A stretch of DNA of 64,000 nucleotides, from the NCBI RefSeq assembly GCF_009914755.1, contig NC_060932.1. One strand, 5' to 3'. A program made the translations under genes and the position numbers. Below the pieces are notes generated by a model that did not search any database, was not told where the DNA came from, and saw only the letters and a list, made by a program, of their open reading frames with translations. The DNA comes from the human T2T-CHM13v2.0 reference genome, Homo sapiens. Position 1 is the stretch's first letter; every line of letters starts with the position of its first letter. Positions 37,601-55,967 of the stretch are shown piece by piece.

Positions 37601-40600
37601 TGTATAGGAAAGGCCTATTCAGATCAATCGGTCACTCAACACGCTTAGGTCTTGACAGCCACTGCCCGCAGACAGACTTCAGCCCATCTCCTGTTGGCCA
37701 TATCTCAAGGTCACACCAGGTTTCCACCCATAACGCAGAACCAGGTGACAGTTAATTTAGGTCATTGGATACTGTCTGGGAGGTTGAGATCCATCTACTT
37801 TTTCCAATCATCAGTTTAAAGAAGCTGACATCACTGTAAATGTCTTGCAACGCGCTGCCACTGATTGAGTGGTCGTTCAATAGAATTCTCCAGATTGATG
37901 ATTGGAATAACTCAAGAAGATCTCACCCTGAATGCCTATGGAGAGATGTGCGGGATCAAAGTTGTTTAGGGAAAGGGCAATTTTTGATTCTTCTGTTTAT
38001 CTGTTGCACTGCATAGAGTGTTGTGCTTTGTATTTTTTTATCATATTTGAAGTCACAATTTTTTTCATAAGATAGGTGTTCCCTAAAAAGGCAGAGTTAA
38101 AATGTGCTGATTATATAGGTAATGAACACAGTATGTACAAATAACCACGATTTAAATCCCAGTTATATCACTCACTGGTTCTGTTATTTGGGGCACATTA
38201 CACATATTCAAATGCTCAGTTTTCTGATGTGAAAAATAGTGGTACCAGTAGAACAAATATTACAAGGGTGTCAAGAATTCCTGGCATGAATTAGGGCTCA
38301 ATCAATGTCTATACTATTATAATACTATTGTTGTCAATAATGTTTCTCTTTTACCTTAGTTACCAGGAAGTTTGGGATCAACTATGTTTTCTACTATGTA
38401 TGCAACCCTGAGTTGTGACAGAAATATCAAGTGTAGAAGATGAAAGGTCTCTGCCCTAGAGGAACATATACGCTGGTGAAAGGTGCAAACCTACAAAGAG
38501 ATAACTCTACATTGCTGGTGCTGAGTACAACACAGAGTTGCCAGGCTCTATAAGAACATTTATTTACTCATCACAAAAATAATTTTCAGTGCTTCTCGTG
38601 TGTTAATGCCCCAAGTACCCAGCACATAGTAGGTACTCAATATGCAGCCTATGTACTGAATGAGCGGTTAAATCTCTATCCTAAATTATTCCTTTAGGGT
38701 ATGTAAAAATCCTACATAGAGCACAGCTTCTATGTCCTATGCCACATTATATCTAATGAATTAACATTGAAAGTGCAGCTTTAGAATAGAAAATTTCTCA
38801 CTCTAATTTGTGTCAACACTTTCCATTTCATAAGCGTAATCCATTGATTTGATCAAGTAAGATATCTCAGGAGGTGCCAGCTGTAGAACTCCTTCATCAA
38901 TTTTTTTGTCTTAACATGAAAATAATATGGAAAATTAAACCATAGAAGAAAAAAATACTCTGTCTCTCATTTTTCATTTGAGCTCATTCTGCTCAAGTGA
39001 GATAATTCCCTGTGTCTGGAAGGCACACTTCTCAATCTGACTAAACCAAAATGCCACCATTCTTCTTCCCATCAACTTCTGAGTCCTCATTTTTTCTCTT
39101 GTCCTCCAACCAGAGCAAGGATTTTTCCCCTTCATTTAATTATTCTGAGTGTCATCTTGTCAGTAGCAGTGTGGAGATTCCCCTCCTTTGAAATGTTGGC
39201 AATTATTACTAACAGCATCACCTATGATTACCATTATTAATTGGTGGGAGTCAATAGAGCCAGTGACATGAACATAAGACCAAGAGTTGAGGCTTGACAT
39301 GCAGGCTGACTCTCAACATAAACTCTAATGACTTGTCTGGACCCCAGTCCCAGAAATTCCTAGAGTTTACGAGCACACTTCACCTGGGTGCATGAACACA
39401 AATCCAGACCTGGACTCCAGGTCCCTTTGCTGCTTTGCTAGGTTTTGGTTTCCGTGATCTAGTCTTCCCTTGTTTGGCAAAAAGGTGGAGAAACATAATT
39501 GTCATAGACTCTTGCAGAATGGGAAGCAAACTGGCCTAGCAGGGGTTGCAGCCCAAGGAACAGAACAGTGAGGGGAGAATTGGAATGACACTTACCGGTG
39601 GAGATACATTAAGGGATAGTTATGGTGGAAACCCTGGGAGCCCAGCACCTCACCCTTGGATGTCTCCAAACTTTCAAGAAATAGTCAGTATCATTAAATA
39701 ATCAAGTTTAACTAGATTTCTTACAGGTTCCTCCGCTGTAAAATGGGATAATAAGATCCGCAATTAAGTGTTCCATATATCTCACAGGGAGATGATAAGA
39801 ATGCCATCAGATGAAGATTCATAAACAATTTATAAGCGTAATGTGTAATTCCTGATTACTCTTATCCCTGCTGCAATTGACTATATCATATAGTTTACGA
39901 GTTTGGGTGTGTACTATCAGGGGCATGTGTGTGTTGCGTGTGGAGGACTAGTTGGGATTAAACATTCTGTGGAGTTCAGTTAAACTCCGCAGAGACTTAG
40001 GCAAGGGGCATCTATGCTAATTGTCATCTTTACCCCCACTGGAGCCTTCTTCAGCCAGAGAAGGGGCCCTCCCTTTAACAGAGCAGCCCAGCTGATGGCT
40101 CCGATCTTGCAATCCAGTTAGAGGTAGTGGGCAGGAATTAGTGCTAATCAGTCTGTCTCTATTTGCTGAGCTTTTACAAAAGGGCGGGCACTGTACTAGC
40201 TCTATGTTGTGCCTAAAACACTGTCAATCCACAAGCTGATGAATGCTGACCCCCCCAAATGAAGTACCCATTCCTGCTTCACAGTTTTTCAGGGGATTTC
40301 AAGGCCAGGGGGGAGGCAGGAAGCAGCAGTTACCACAAAAATGGCTTAAGACTATCTCAAAGCTAAATAATAATGTTATATTTATTTATCAGGGTCACAC
40401 ATTTACTCACAATTTACTCAAATGTATAAATAAATAAAAACAAATTTATTTTGTATTTAATCTGATCTTCACAAGGCTTATCATCTGAATAGTAGAGAAA
40501 TACTTAGATTTCTTATATTTTGATAAAAATGAATCAAATTTTATCATTTAATCATTTTTTTAAAAAAAGTTTATCAAAAATCCATCCCCTTCTCCCTGCC

Positions 40601-41469
40601 CATCCTTTGATGGTGGCTTCTTCTTGTGATGGAGCAAAGAAGAAGCCTGCTGATCTCTGGTGCTTCCGCGGGATCCCAGCTTTTGTCTGATGTGGAATGG
40701 CTGCTCTGGGCTCCTCTGTGGACTGATGGAAGATGAGGTGTGCTGTTGGCTCTTTGTGATGGTGTTCTAACACCCAGGACTGGTGTTCATAGAACTAGCC
40801 ATATGCCTTGATCTTAAAGTCTTGTTACACTGTAGCCTCTTCACTTGGACCTCAGCCCGTCAGTTTTCAACACCTCCTTCAACACCTCCAACTCTTCCCT
40901 GGCTTTTCTGAAAACCTGATGTACATGCATGCATTGTCAGTCATTCGAGGCATCCAGGAAAACTGCTTCAGCCACTCCAGTCATCACTTCCATTGTTCCC
41001 ACACCATGCTGGGCACCATGCCCAGGTAAAGGTGAACGTTCTCCAAGAGCCATCAAGGGAGCGTGTGGAAGGAAACAGAAGGGATGAAGGCCCTAGCCAC
41101 TAACTTTCTTGCTGTCCTCTGTCTTCTCTTCCACACCATCCCCTGAGGTTGGGAAATGCCCATTTTTCCATTATGTTCTCTTCTTTCCTAACCAAGACTT
41201 CACCTAAAATGTGAAAGTCAAATAGACTGATTTTGAAAAATTATATAGTATCCATACTAATTTATGTAAATTAAGTATAAAACATATCAATGGTATTGAC
41301 GGAGTCAAAAGCTTATTATTTTGAGTTTTTTTTAAAAAAAGGCTAAAATTTGGTTTCAAATCTTTATGTGGTCCCAGAGGAGATTATTACAGGAAAAGCA
41401 GCATGAGAAAAGAAACTGGGATAAAAGGAAGTCCTGATATTGAGTATGGTATATTCGAGTTAGTTCTAG

Positions 41470-41680
41470 GAAGTGGTATGGTTTAGTGGAAAGTGTTTAG
41501 TCTTGCATCAGACAGATCTATCTGTAACTGGAGCCCTGACCCCTCCAAGCTGAGTGACTTTGAACAAGTCCTTAACCTCTCTGAGCTTCACTCTAACATT
41601 TTGCAGTAAAACCCACCTTTTAGAATTGTTGTGACCATTGCATAGCGCTTAGTCCAAGCCCTGGCACATACATTATTCTC
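41470..41680 (+). mobile_element. MIR SINE
   Basis: gctgagtgactttgaacaagtccttaacctctctgagcttca...cctggcacata. Confidence 0.75.
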
Positions 41681-42750
41681 TGTTGTTTTTGCTATTCTTA
41701 GTAATGAATAGAAAATGATAGAGAGATAGATAAGTGATTATGGGAAACCACTAACAAGAGCTATTCGCTTACCCTCTTGTAACATTTAGAAAATTAATGC
41801 TGCCTTTTTATAAGTGCCTGTTCTAGCATAGAAATCAGAGGCTTAAAGAAACTGGTGATTTCAATGCAAAGTTACCATCCACTTCCCTAAGCATACCAAG
41901 TGCACTTCTAAAAATTACTCCCAGTGAATGCTCTTCCGTGTCGGAGTTTCTAATTGTGGGCTTATTTTGGAAAGCAAGTCAAGGACATTCGTTAATGATA
42001 TTTCAACTGCACAAGCACCCTGATGACATGTGACAAATCAATTAGAAAAATTATCCTGGAAATGCCTTGCCTGGGGTGGTTACCATGGCTTTTGGGAAGG
42101 AGCATGTGGCATGTGGCTTGGAGTAACAGCATTCTGACTCATCCTGGGCACTAAATTCTGTATCTTTCCACTGTGGATGTGCTTACCATCCTATTTTCTG
42201 GTGTTGTAAAAATTAAGGAAGGGAATTACATGAGTCTCATTTGTGAAGTTTGCAAATTTCTATATAAATATAGAAGTACTAAGCCCATGCATTAAACTTT
42301 CTTTTTAATGCTAAAGACATTGGCCAACACTTATTAGATATTTATTGTCAACCATAATACTATTTACAGATTTGTAAAAAATTACTCTGGTTGCAATTTG
42401 TAAAAAATAATGGTAACAAGATTAGAAATAGAATGACTAGATGGGAAGAAAGATTCATTAGTGTTTTAAACAGGGTAGAAAGTATTGGAAATATGATGGG
42501 ATGAGGGACATAGGCACTGAAAGAGTTGAAAGAGGGAAGAGAAAGTAAAGGGACGTTCCGTGCATTCTATTATGTGAGCAACACAAAGAAGAAAGTACAT
42601 GCACAATTGGCCCTGAGATTAATGAGATCAGTCTAATTGAAGTAGTTGTTTTCCAGGTGGTGCTGAGATAATGGAGAATTGTGAGATTGAGACTAGTTAC
42701 AGCAGAGCAAAACTCCCAGAGACATTTTTCCCCACAATAAACAGCTTAGG

Positions 42751-43130
<380 letters not shown>

Positions 43131-44599
43131 CTAAGGAGCAATGAGGAGTTATTGACTGTTAATAAGGTAGTTAATGACAATATTAAATTGAGCTTTGGAG
43201 TAATAAAATAGAAAGCATTTTGGAGTCAAAATTTCTGGATGCGATCCTCAGCATACTCCTACAACCCAGCCACGTTGCCAGAAAGAGAAGTCTCCCAGCA
43301 ATTGCACTCAGTGAGCTCCACATTGACAAGTAAAGCACAAAAAACACAGAGGTGGATCATCTGGGGTCAAGTTGTGTTTCCGGAATTGGTGATGAAAGCA
43401 GAATCTTAACACGTGGATAGGAGTTCTTTGAGCAAAGAAAAGGAGAGGCATTTGATTCTGATTACGCATTCCAACACATTTTGCTCGGGAAAGCAAGTGT
43501 GAAAGTCAGGACGTGGTATTCAAGTTACAAGGAACAAAAAGAAGGTGGTAATCTCAGAAGCCTCCAGGTTTATCAGCACTGGTCCACGTGGCAGGAGAAT
43601 CACTGGTGGACCAGGCCAAAGAAGGTGTTATACTAACTGAAATGATGCCTGAAGATTTGTCCTAGACATTTTGTCCACTCGGGCCCTCCTCCCATATCAA
43701 GGTCAATTTCTCTAACTTTGTTCTAATTTTCCAAAGCAGGATATTCAGCAATGATTTCAAACTTCATGCAAATCTGCTTTCTGTCCCTCCTGCCTGAACT
43801 GTCACAAACCCACTATGAAACCTGATTTGTTATATTCGGAGTATTTTTTTCTTAAGGCAATACTGACTGCTCTGGAAAAGTAATGACTAAAAGGAATCTT
43901 TCCCCAAAATCTCTTGTCAATTGAAGGAAAAAAAAATAGAAAGAGAGAAAAAATACCTGCCTGGCACAGATATTGTAAATGGAGCCATCAAAACTCACTG
44001 TGGGTTTTTATGATAAATATACACACAAGGCAGGTATTTGGGTGAGAAACTATTTCTATTTTAATGCAAGACAGACAGACCAATACATCAGCCTCCTGCC
44101 TGTTAATTCTCATAATATGTTGTCTCAATTTTCCCACTTTCCTCCTGGCTATGGGACAAACTTTTAAAATACGTTAGTGACACGCACTTGGTCCAATTAG
44201 ACGTTAGTTCAAGGTAAAACCCTACAGCGTGGTTTCCCTGAAATACCCAAAATCAGCCCATCATCGTCATCAACAACAACAACAACAAAATGCTGCTCTT
44301 CTGCTCTCTGCTCTCCTGGTAAATTTATAATCTGAGAAGCCCTATGTCAGAATTGACTTTTGTGCCACCCTTGGAATTCCCAAAACTGATATCTTTGTTT
44401 GGAAATCCTAAAAGGCAGAGTCTCAGTATGACTATTCTCCTTGGAATTTCTAGAATTTCCTGAGTCTGAATGCACAAGTGATTAATGTCACATCTCCTGA
44501 AAAAGACAAATTATGCCAAAGTTATTGAGAAGTCTATGATTAACAAAGGCAGAAGCAAATGGATACTTTAGAAGGTAAAATGTTTCCTGTTGGTTACTT

Positions 44600-45410
<811 letters not shown>

Positions 45411-45929
45411 ACTTATTCCTAACTTTTGTTGATCATGGCTCCAATCAGACACCACCACCTCTGAGCTTTCCACGAAACCTCATTTCCCAGGTGGGATCAG
45501 TGCCACTCAGCTTTGCTCTCATCAAAACCTTTGCCTGTCATCAATGCATCTCTGTGACACTGCATTGAAATTGCGTGTTTTTCTATCCCTCCTTACAAAG
45601 GGTGAGCTCCTTGAAGTCAATGAATATATCTAGCTCATGATTATATAAGCACCACCTGGTGTACTGCTTGGCATACAACAGATAGTTAAAAATATATAGC
45701 ATTTAATTGAATGTTTTCAAGACACATTTCATTTCTAATTTGACAGCATTTGGATTACATACTGAGGGAAAACTTGTCTACAGGTTTTGATTTTCCAACG
45801 TGTGTTTGAAAGAAAAATAATATAAAATATGAAACTCAAGGAATAATTTCTTCTGAGGCCTGGCATTTAATCATTTCATTAGTCTCACTAAAGGGATAAA
45901 TTAAGTGCGGTCTCAGAGAGAGACCTGCT

Positions 45930-46385
45930 TTAGCAATCTGGGCTCACTGTAGGGAACAGAAACCCCTCTAAGTATTTTAAATAAAATGTAAATTAACACA
46001 AGGAATTATGTGTTTATGGAATCTTGGAAGGACTGGAGGAGCTTGCAACAGTTAAGCTTAGAATACATTCTGCCATAGGTGCTGGGGAACCCAGAAGTGG
46101 CTGATACAGCTGCCATCACCACTGCAGCAACCGCAACTGCTTCTTGGTAGCCACATGGCTAAAACTTGACATTCTGCCAGAAATTACAGCAGGAAGACTG
46201 CCTCATCTTCACTCCTCTCTTCTAAATCACTTAAGTGAATGTAATTGGTACAGCCAAATTTGTGTCAGAAGCCTGGTTGCAATAGAGCCAAGAAAGGTTG
46301 ACTTTGCTTTCCAGCCTTTATTATATTAAAAACAGCAGAGCAAGATGACAACGTGGATGCTGTCAATTGAACATATCCAATGTAC
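45930..46385. mobile_element. Ancient MLT1-like LTR
   Basis: gggaacagaaacccctctaagtatttt...gaagcctggttgcaatagagcc; resembles 1440-1999. Confidence 0.45.
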
Positions 46386-47539
46386 TTCCTGAGAGTCATT
46401 CAATGAGTAATTGGTAGGCAAGGACCTGACCTTCTAACCTATAGTCATAGGTAATATTGATGGTATCCAAGGAGTTAGCACTGTGGTAGCTCTCAATTAC
46501 TGTGAGAGAGCAGGAAGATTTCTAAGATAGACGAATTGCACAGTAAAACCAGTCTCAGTTTCTCCAGGGTATCCACTTACAGCATTCTTGACCCATAAAT
46601 ATTTGCTTTTCTCTTTTCAGTGTGTGGCTTTGCTGCTCCAACGGGATTATCACGACACACATGGGCTTAGTCAGGAACTTTAAAGTTGGATGCTACGGCC
46701 TATTTATTGTTACCATGCAAGGTAGAAAATATGTATTTTAAAAATCCAACTCATACTTTTAGATTTAAAAAGCGATCTATGTTAATTTAGCATTTTAGAA
46801 AATCTTCAGAAAGGAAATAAAAATCACTTTCTAACTGAGACTCAAGCAGATGATAAGCCTTCTCAGATACCTGGGCTGATACCGTCACTATGCTTGTATA
46901 ATCTGCTTAGATCTCCACTTGGAGATGACACCCAGTCTAGAGGAAGATTCCACTTCAAGTTTTCCTTAATTCTGAAGTCTTACCACCATGAGCTGTGGGC
47001 AACTAGGAGGAAAAATACATTCGGGCACCTGATTTGTCAAGAGTCTGATTTGACATTATAATTGAGAACACAGAAGTGATGCTTGAGAGTGCCCTGGCAT
47101 TCCGTTCATGGCCGTAAGTCTTAAATCTGTCATCACGTCCTTCTGATCTGTCTTTGAAATGCTGCTCGTGTCTGCACACACTTAGATAGGCTCCAATGTA
47201 TCTAAGGATACGTCAGACATGGGATATATCATCTAAGATGACATCTTGTTTGTTCAATTGTTCATTTATTCATTTACTATTTTAAAATCAGATGATTTAG
47301 TACAGAAAAAATCTTTATGCCAGGCTATCCATTCTTTATATCAAACAATCTATTCTCTATATTAATTTCAGAGTTTTCTTCTTAAAGCAGGGGTCTAATA
47401 TTTCAATATTTTTTCAATTATTTGTGTCAGAAACGATGCTAGTGACTACAGTCTAAAAATCAGATAAGCAAAGCCCTTGCCCTGAAGAAATTCATAGCCA
47501 AATGAGGCAACACATAATAGCAGTTAAACAGATGGGCTT

Positions 47540-47831
47540 GGCCAGGCGCGGTGGCTCACGCCTGTAATCTCAGCACTTTGGGAGGCCGAAGCTGATCATG
47601 AGGTCAGGAGATCAAGACCATCCTGGCCAACATGGTGAAACTCTGTCTGTACTAAAAATACAAAAATTAGCTGGGCATGGTGGTGTGGTGGTTTGTGCCT
47701 GTAATCCCAGCTATTCAGGAGGCTGAGGCAGGAGAATCGCTTAAACCTGGGAGTCAGAGGTTGCAGTGAGCCAAGATTGCGCCACTGCTCTCCAGCCTGG
47801 TGACAGAGTGAGACTCTGTCTCAAAATAAAT
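47540..47831 (+). mobile_element. AluSc-like element with a short tail
   Basis: gagatcaagaccatcctggccaac; cctggtgacagag; small duplication gtggtggtgtggtgg. Confidence 0.92.
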
Positions 47832-48869
47832 ATGGATCAAGTGCATGTGCTTATATGCCCAGCTTGATGGAAAATGCTTTGGTATTGGTGACCTTTTTAA
47901 TGCCATCCACGCAAGATTATCATGCAAATAAAATTATCCCTCATTTTTAAGTGAGAAAACTAAGTCTCAAAGTTGTATAAACTAGACAGGAAGAAAATAT
48001 AACTTAGTGGTTATGATTATACCTTCGTTAAATAGTCAGCAAACATTAAAATCTTGGCTCCAAAACTTATCAGTATTACTATAGGTAAGAGCTTCAGCTT
48101 CCTGTGCTTATCTCACCTGTCAAATCTCAATAAAAATAGTGCATGACTCATAGAGTGGATACAAGGACAAAACAAAAAGGTTTATGGCATTTCTTAGGAG
48201 AGTGCTTGGTGATTAGTAAGCTTTCTAATGTCAGTTACTATAATCATATCACTTGTCAAAAATCCTTGATGTTAAGATGTTACAGAGCTGGGATTTGCTC
48301 CCAGATTGATCTCATTCCTGAACTCATTCTTTTTACAACATTGCATTAACACACCTCCAACAGCATTTTGTTGTTCAGTAAGGAGAGTAATTAGCAACAC
48401 TACCCAGGTCAAACGTGCAGTCAGATATGTACCTTAGATGAAAGCTACTACTGCACATTTGAAAAGATTAAAATCTTGGAAAGACCTAAAGAAGCCAGGA
48501 CCCTCCTATAGATGCTATTGTGGACTAGACTGTCACTAAATAGGTACAGACACAGTGAACTCCAATGTGAAAATTACATTTTTAATTACTGACTGTAGAA
48601 ACCTGCTAAATAAGTGCAAATGAGTAAGTGAATCAGTATTGAGAATACGGTCTGAATGGTGCTATTTTGTCATGGCCAGAAACTTACTTCCCTTAATGAG
48701 TAATTTGTTTATTCAGGATTTCATTGCCTCCTTCAGTGAAATTTCTAACTTTTAGAAAAAATTTAATTCCACTTAAGTTATAAAATAAATTTTTGTGATG
48801 TTTTCATGGATAATTTTTTTGTTTAAATTTCAACTCTATAAATAATTATCTCATTTTCTTTATTCCTAT

Positions 48870-51250
<2,381 letters not shown>

Positions 51251-52100
51251 CTGGAGACTCTCGGTTTATGTGTGATGCAGAGAGCTGGAAAAAACATTGC
51301 TCCACCCTTACAACAACAGAAACTGACTACAAATTTATGACTTGTGTGAATCTGTGAGAAATAAGGTCATAGAAATATGATGCATCCAAAATCTAAGGGG
51401 ACAGGTGCCTATTTATTGTTGCAATTCTCTGAAATTCTTGTTTCGTATTCAGAAAACAGAAGCAAAAAACTTGATATATGAAAGAAATTGAAAGAAGTGG
51501 GAATTCTGCAGAAATCAAATTCTGCTGTCAAGAAACTAAACGCACAGAGGGCCCGGAATAGAAAGGAATTGACTGAAGATCCAGGAGGAAGGGTAAACAG
51601 TGGCAGGCTCAAGTTCAGCTTTGCACTCCAATGAATCAGTAAATCAGCAACAATGCATGTTTGCTACAAAATGGATACTGCCTCCCTCTCACCTTTCAAC
51701 CACTGGGAGAGAATCTCTGAAAACTGAAATAATACTAGAAAAGGAATTCTGGAGAGTGTAGTTCAGCCTAGGCAAGTTGACACATCAAAAATTCACCAGA
51801 GCCAACTCCATGAAAATGCATTAATTATCAAAATACAAAAAATTCAAATAAACATTGTGTGGTCTAAATCTAATAAATAATTCACTTACACTAGGAAAAA
51901 CACCTGCCATGTTAAAATGTTTATTTTCAATTTTATATTGTTTTAAATTAAGCTATGCCTTCAGTCTTCCAATGATGAATATAGTTCACTGATGAAATTG
52001 TTAGTGTCATCTTTATATTATATTAGTAAAAGAGAATTTTCAGGCCTAATAGCTCTTTTAGAAAAGATATATAATTGTCCCATGAAGGGTTACATTTCAC

Positions 52101-52116
52101 GAAAGAAGAGAGAGGA

Positions 52117-52172
<56 letters not shown>

Positions 52173-52430
52173 GGAATGAAGGAAGGAAAGAGACAGAGAG
52201 AGGAGAGAAGAAAGAAAGGAAGAAAGGAAGAAAAAAGGAAAGAAAGAAAGAAAAAAGAAAGAGGGGGAGGGAGGGAGGGAGGGAGACAGAGCGGGAGGGA
52301 GGGAGACAGAGCGGGAAGGAGGGAGGCAGGGAGGGAGGGAGGGAGGGAGGGAGGAAGGAAGGAAGGAAGGAAGGAAGGAAGGAAGGAAGGATGGATGAAA
52401 GGAAGGAGGGAAGGAAAGCAGGCAAAGAAA
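52101..52430. repeat. About 330-bp polypurine compound microsatellite: (GAAA)14, (GGGA)n, (GGAA)9
   Basis: GAAA run at 52115-52170; GGAA run at 52353-52388. Confidence 0.97.
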
Positions 52431-52520
52431 GTCGACACATATTTAGTGCCAAAAAGTGCTAGTGACTATTCTGTGAATCATGACGTGCAGTTGAATGTTC
52501 ACAACTAGTCCCTCTATCAT

Positions 52521-53095
<575 letters not shown>

Positions 53096-53169
53096 TTTGG
53101 GGGTGAAAAAGCCCAGCTGTTTTGATTTTCCAGTTTCTGTGATGTAAATACACCTGCGGTATAAATACC

Positions 53170-53325
53170 CTTAACAATACTCTGTGACCAAAGTTTATAT
53201 CCATTTTATAGATGAATAAAGTCTTAAAATAGAAGTTTGGTTAAGAAACATGTTTAAGTTGACATAACTAGTGTGACAGAGGGAATTCAACCCCAACTCT
53301 GATGACAAAGCTATATTCTTTTCAG
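53170..53325 (-). mobile_element. MIR SINE
   Basis: atccattttatagatgaataaa...ggttaagaaacatgtttaagttgacataactagt...gggaattcaacccc. Confidence 0.65.
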
Positions 53326-55967
53326 AACTGTGACTTGCTTTTCCTGGTTGATCCATCTGTGCTGACATTATGCAGACTTTACCACAAGAGGAGAGGATGC
53401 ATAACTAGGAACTGTTTTGTGAATACGTATCAAGGTTAGAAAACAGTATGTTTTACCTCCTGAAAAGAGCCAACTGTGCTTCAAGTATAATAGGTGAGAA
53501 AAAGTACAGTTAGAAGACAAATTGGGAGACACCAGCCAGTCACACCAGGGATTAGCTGTATGACTTTAGACTAGCTTCTTGGCATTTCTGAATCTCAATT
53601 TTTGTCCAATTAGATAGTAGGTTCTGTAGGAGTGAAGACTAATGCTAAACAGTCCCTCAGTAACAATGCCAAAAACAAAAACAATTCAGTAATTAAGAAG
53701 CAACAAGAAAGTGGAAAATCATAGTCAAAATTTATTTCATAAACATGCCCAATCCAGACTTATTTATAATGGTAAAATAATGAGAATGACTTAATATCTC
53801 TTAAAAAAAAGAATTGGTAAAATAAATTACACTATAATCACAGAAAATAATTATTCTGTCATTAAAGTGATGTTTATCTAATCCTATTAGTTACCTATAC
53901 TATACCTTTAAAAACATGTTAATTGAATAAATACTAGACACCAAATTGCACGTACAATATCATTTCAATCATCCCTACCAGTCCTGACATACAGTAATCA
54001 CATCACAAGTATTTGTCAAGTGAAAACTGTAAGATAAATAGAAAAAAGACTATAAAAAATTAGATATTAAATGAGATTGCCTTTGCTTTTTGATCTATAT
54101 ATATTTTGTCTTGCTTCTTTTGTTTTTTATATATGTCTTCGTTTTCTCAATTGAGTACATATTGAGTTCATTGTAAAACATAAGTTACAACAATCTAAAA
54201 ACAAACTAAAAATACTGCTGATTAATCCACTGTATAGGGATCTCACATGCAGGGAGATTGACTAAAGGATCTGATAGTCCAATCGTAATTTCATGCCCAA
54301 GTTATTCTCTGATGCCTACATCCTCATATAAGATGTCCACATCCTTGGAATTTCTCATGGGCCTGACAAGTTCCCAGGACTCTGGACTGTGTTATCCATG
54401 GGTTTGGATCAGTGGTGTGGATGGTCCACGTTTGAACAGAGTTTGGTGCTGGGTCCTTTTTTTTCCACTTCTCTTATTCTCTCTGGAGGGCTCTGACATC
54501 TGCATATTTTTCTGTCTTCTCAGTCCTTCCTTTCTATTTCCCTCTTTCCCAGCTTTATCTGGCCATTGAGATCAATATCATTTGATCATCAAGAAGAATA
54601 AAAATCTTTGTTTCTCCTTAAAGCTACTCAGGGGGTGCTCAAAGGGATACCAGTGGAAGGATAGTAGTAGCAGAGAGAAACAGAAAGACTAAGAAAATAA
54701 GCACAGTCATAACTTGAGATATAAATCTGACCTCAGACCACAACAAAAACCTAGAGAAAAAAAAATGATCGTATAGGTAGTAAACCTTGCACATTCGTTC
54801 TACTTCTGTAATTCCATGGTCTTATGAATCACAGAGGTAGCATTTGAGCTACATATTGAAAGATATTATTCACTGTTTATAGTAAGAAGGAGAAAACATC
54901 ATAAAACGCCACATAGTTAAATAACCTGAAAATTTCAAAAGAGGAATAAGAAAATCCTATATAGTATCTGAAATTTTCATAGACAAAATATTGACACTGT
55001 TCATTTGTTTTGGTCTTTGTTGTTTATATAGTTCAACTCAGGAAAAGAAAAATCCATCCTGTATCAAAAAGTAAATAGAAAAATATGTTGTTCAGGGTTA
55101 AAGTAGCCATGGTGCTTTTGAAAACGAAAACCAATAATGCTATGTGTCTCCTTTTTATATTGATTCCCTCCCCCTTGTCCCACAGAGGTGACATTTTACA
55201 ATTCATTTGCTTTATAAAAATTATGAGACTTTTTTAAAGCCTTCGATTTAACTTGAATTTCTTTTTATTCAATTTCCAGTGACGGAGGTGAGAGAAGATT
55301 GAAGATACTTTAAATCAAATATTTTAATATATAGACAACCAGGTTTTTCTGTTTGAGCACAGAATTTGATTTCACTGTAAGAGTACACGTTTTGAATCCT
55401 GCTTAAACAAGAAAACAAACAAGACCCTCACATTTTATTGAGTACTTCCTATATGTTAAAATGTATACTGGCTTTTTTTCCTTATGTCATTTTATTTAAC
55501 ACTTTCAAGAGTTCTGAAAAGTAGACTCTTTTCTCCGAGTTTACAGATACAAATAATTGAAATGATTGTTTTATGACAGAGGTAAAATATATAGATAAAA
55601 GTAAACAAAGAAAGTCTCAGGGGTAATCCACATAGATTTTTATTCAGAATATTCATTGTACTGTACTATGAAGTATAAATGTGGTTGTTATATGGTAATA
55701 TTTAGAAGTTACTGGGAGATCCTATCCTCCTATTGCACTCCTCCTTATTGTTAAAGGATTAGTGACTTTCCTCCAAATGACAGTGTTTTTAGTGAGGAAA
55801 AAGAATAATAAGATTTTATTACCTTAAAGTTGTTTACTAGATTAATTAAAAAAAATTAATTGACCTTCCCAATTATATTCAAAGGCCTCCTCTAAAGGAT
55901 TATATGCTTATATAGGCAATTATTTCTTATCTGTTCTCAACAGAATAGCCAGCAAGATAGTTTTACT

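Noticed and set aside
51992-52508. ORFs of 110-156 aa rich in K/E/R or S/F/L
   Set aside because: Translations of the GAAA/GGAA microsatellite, which lacks stop codons
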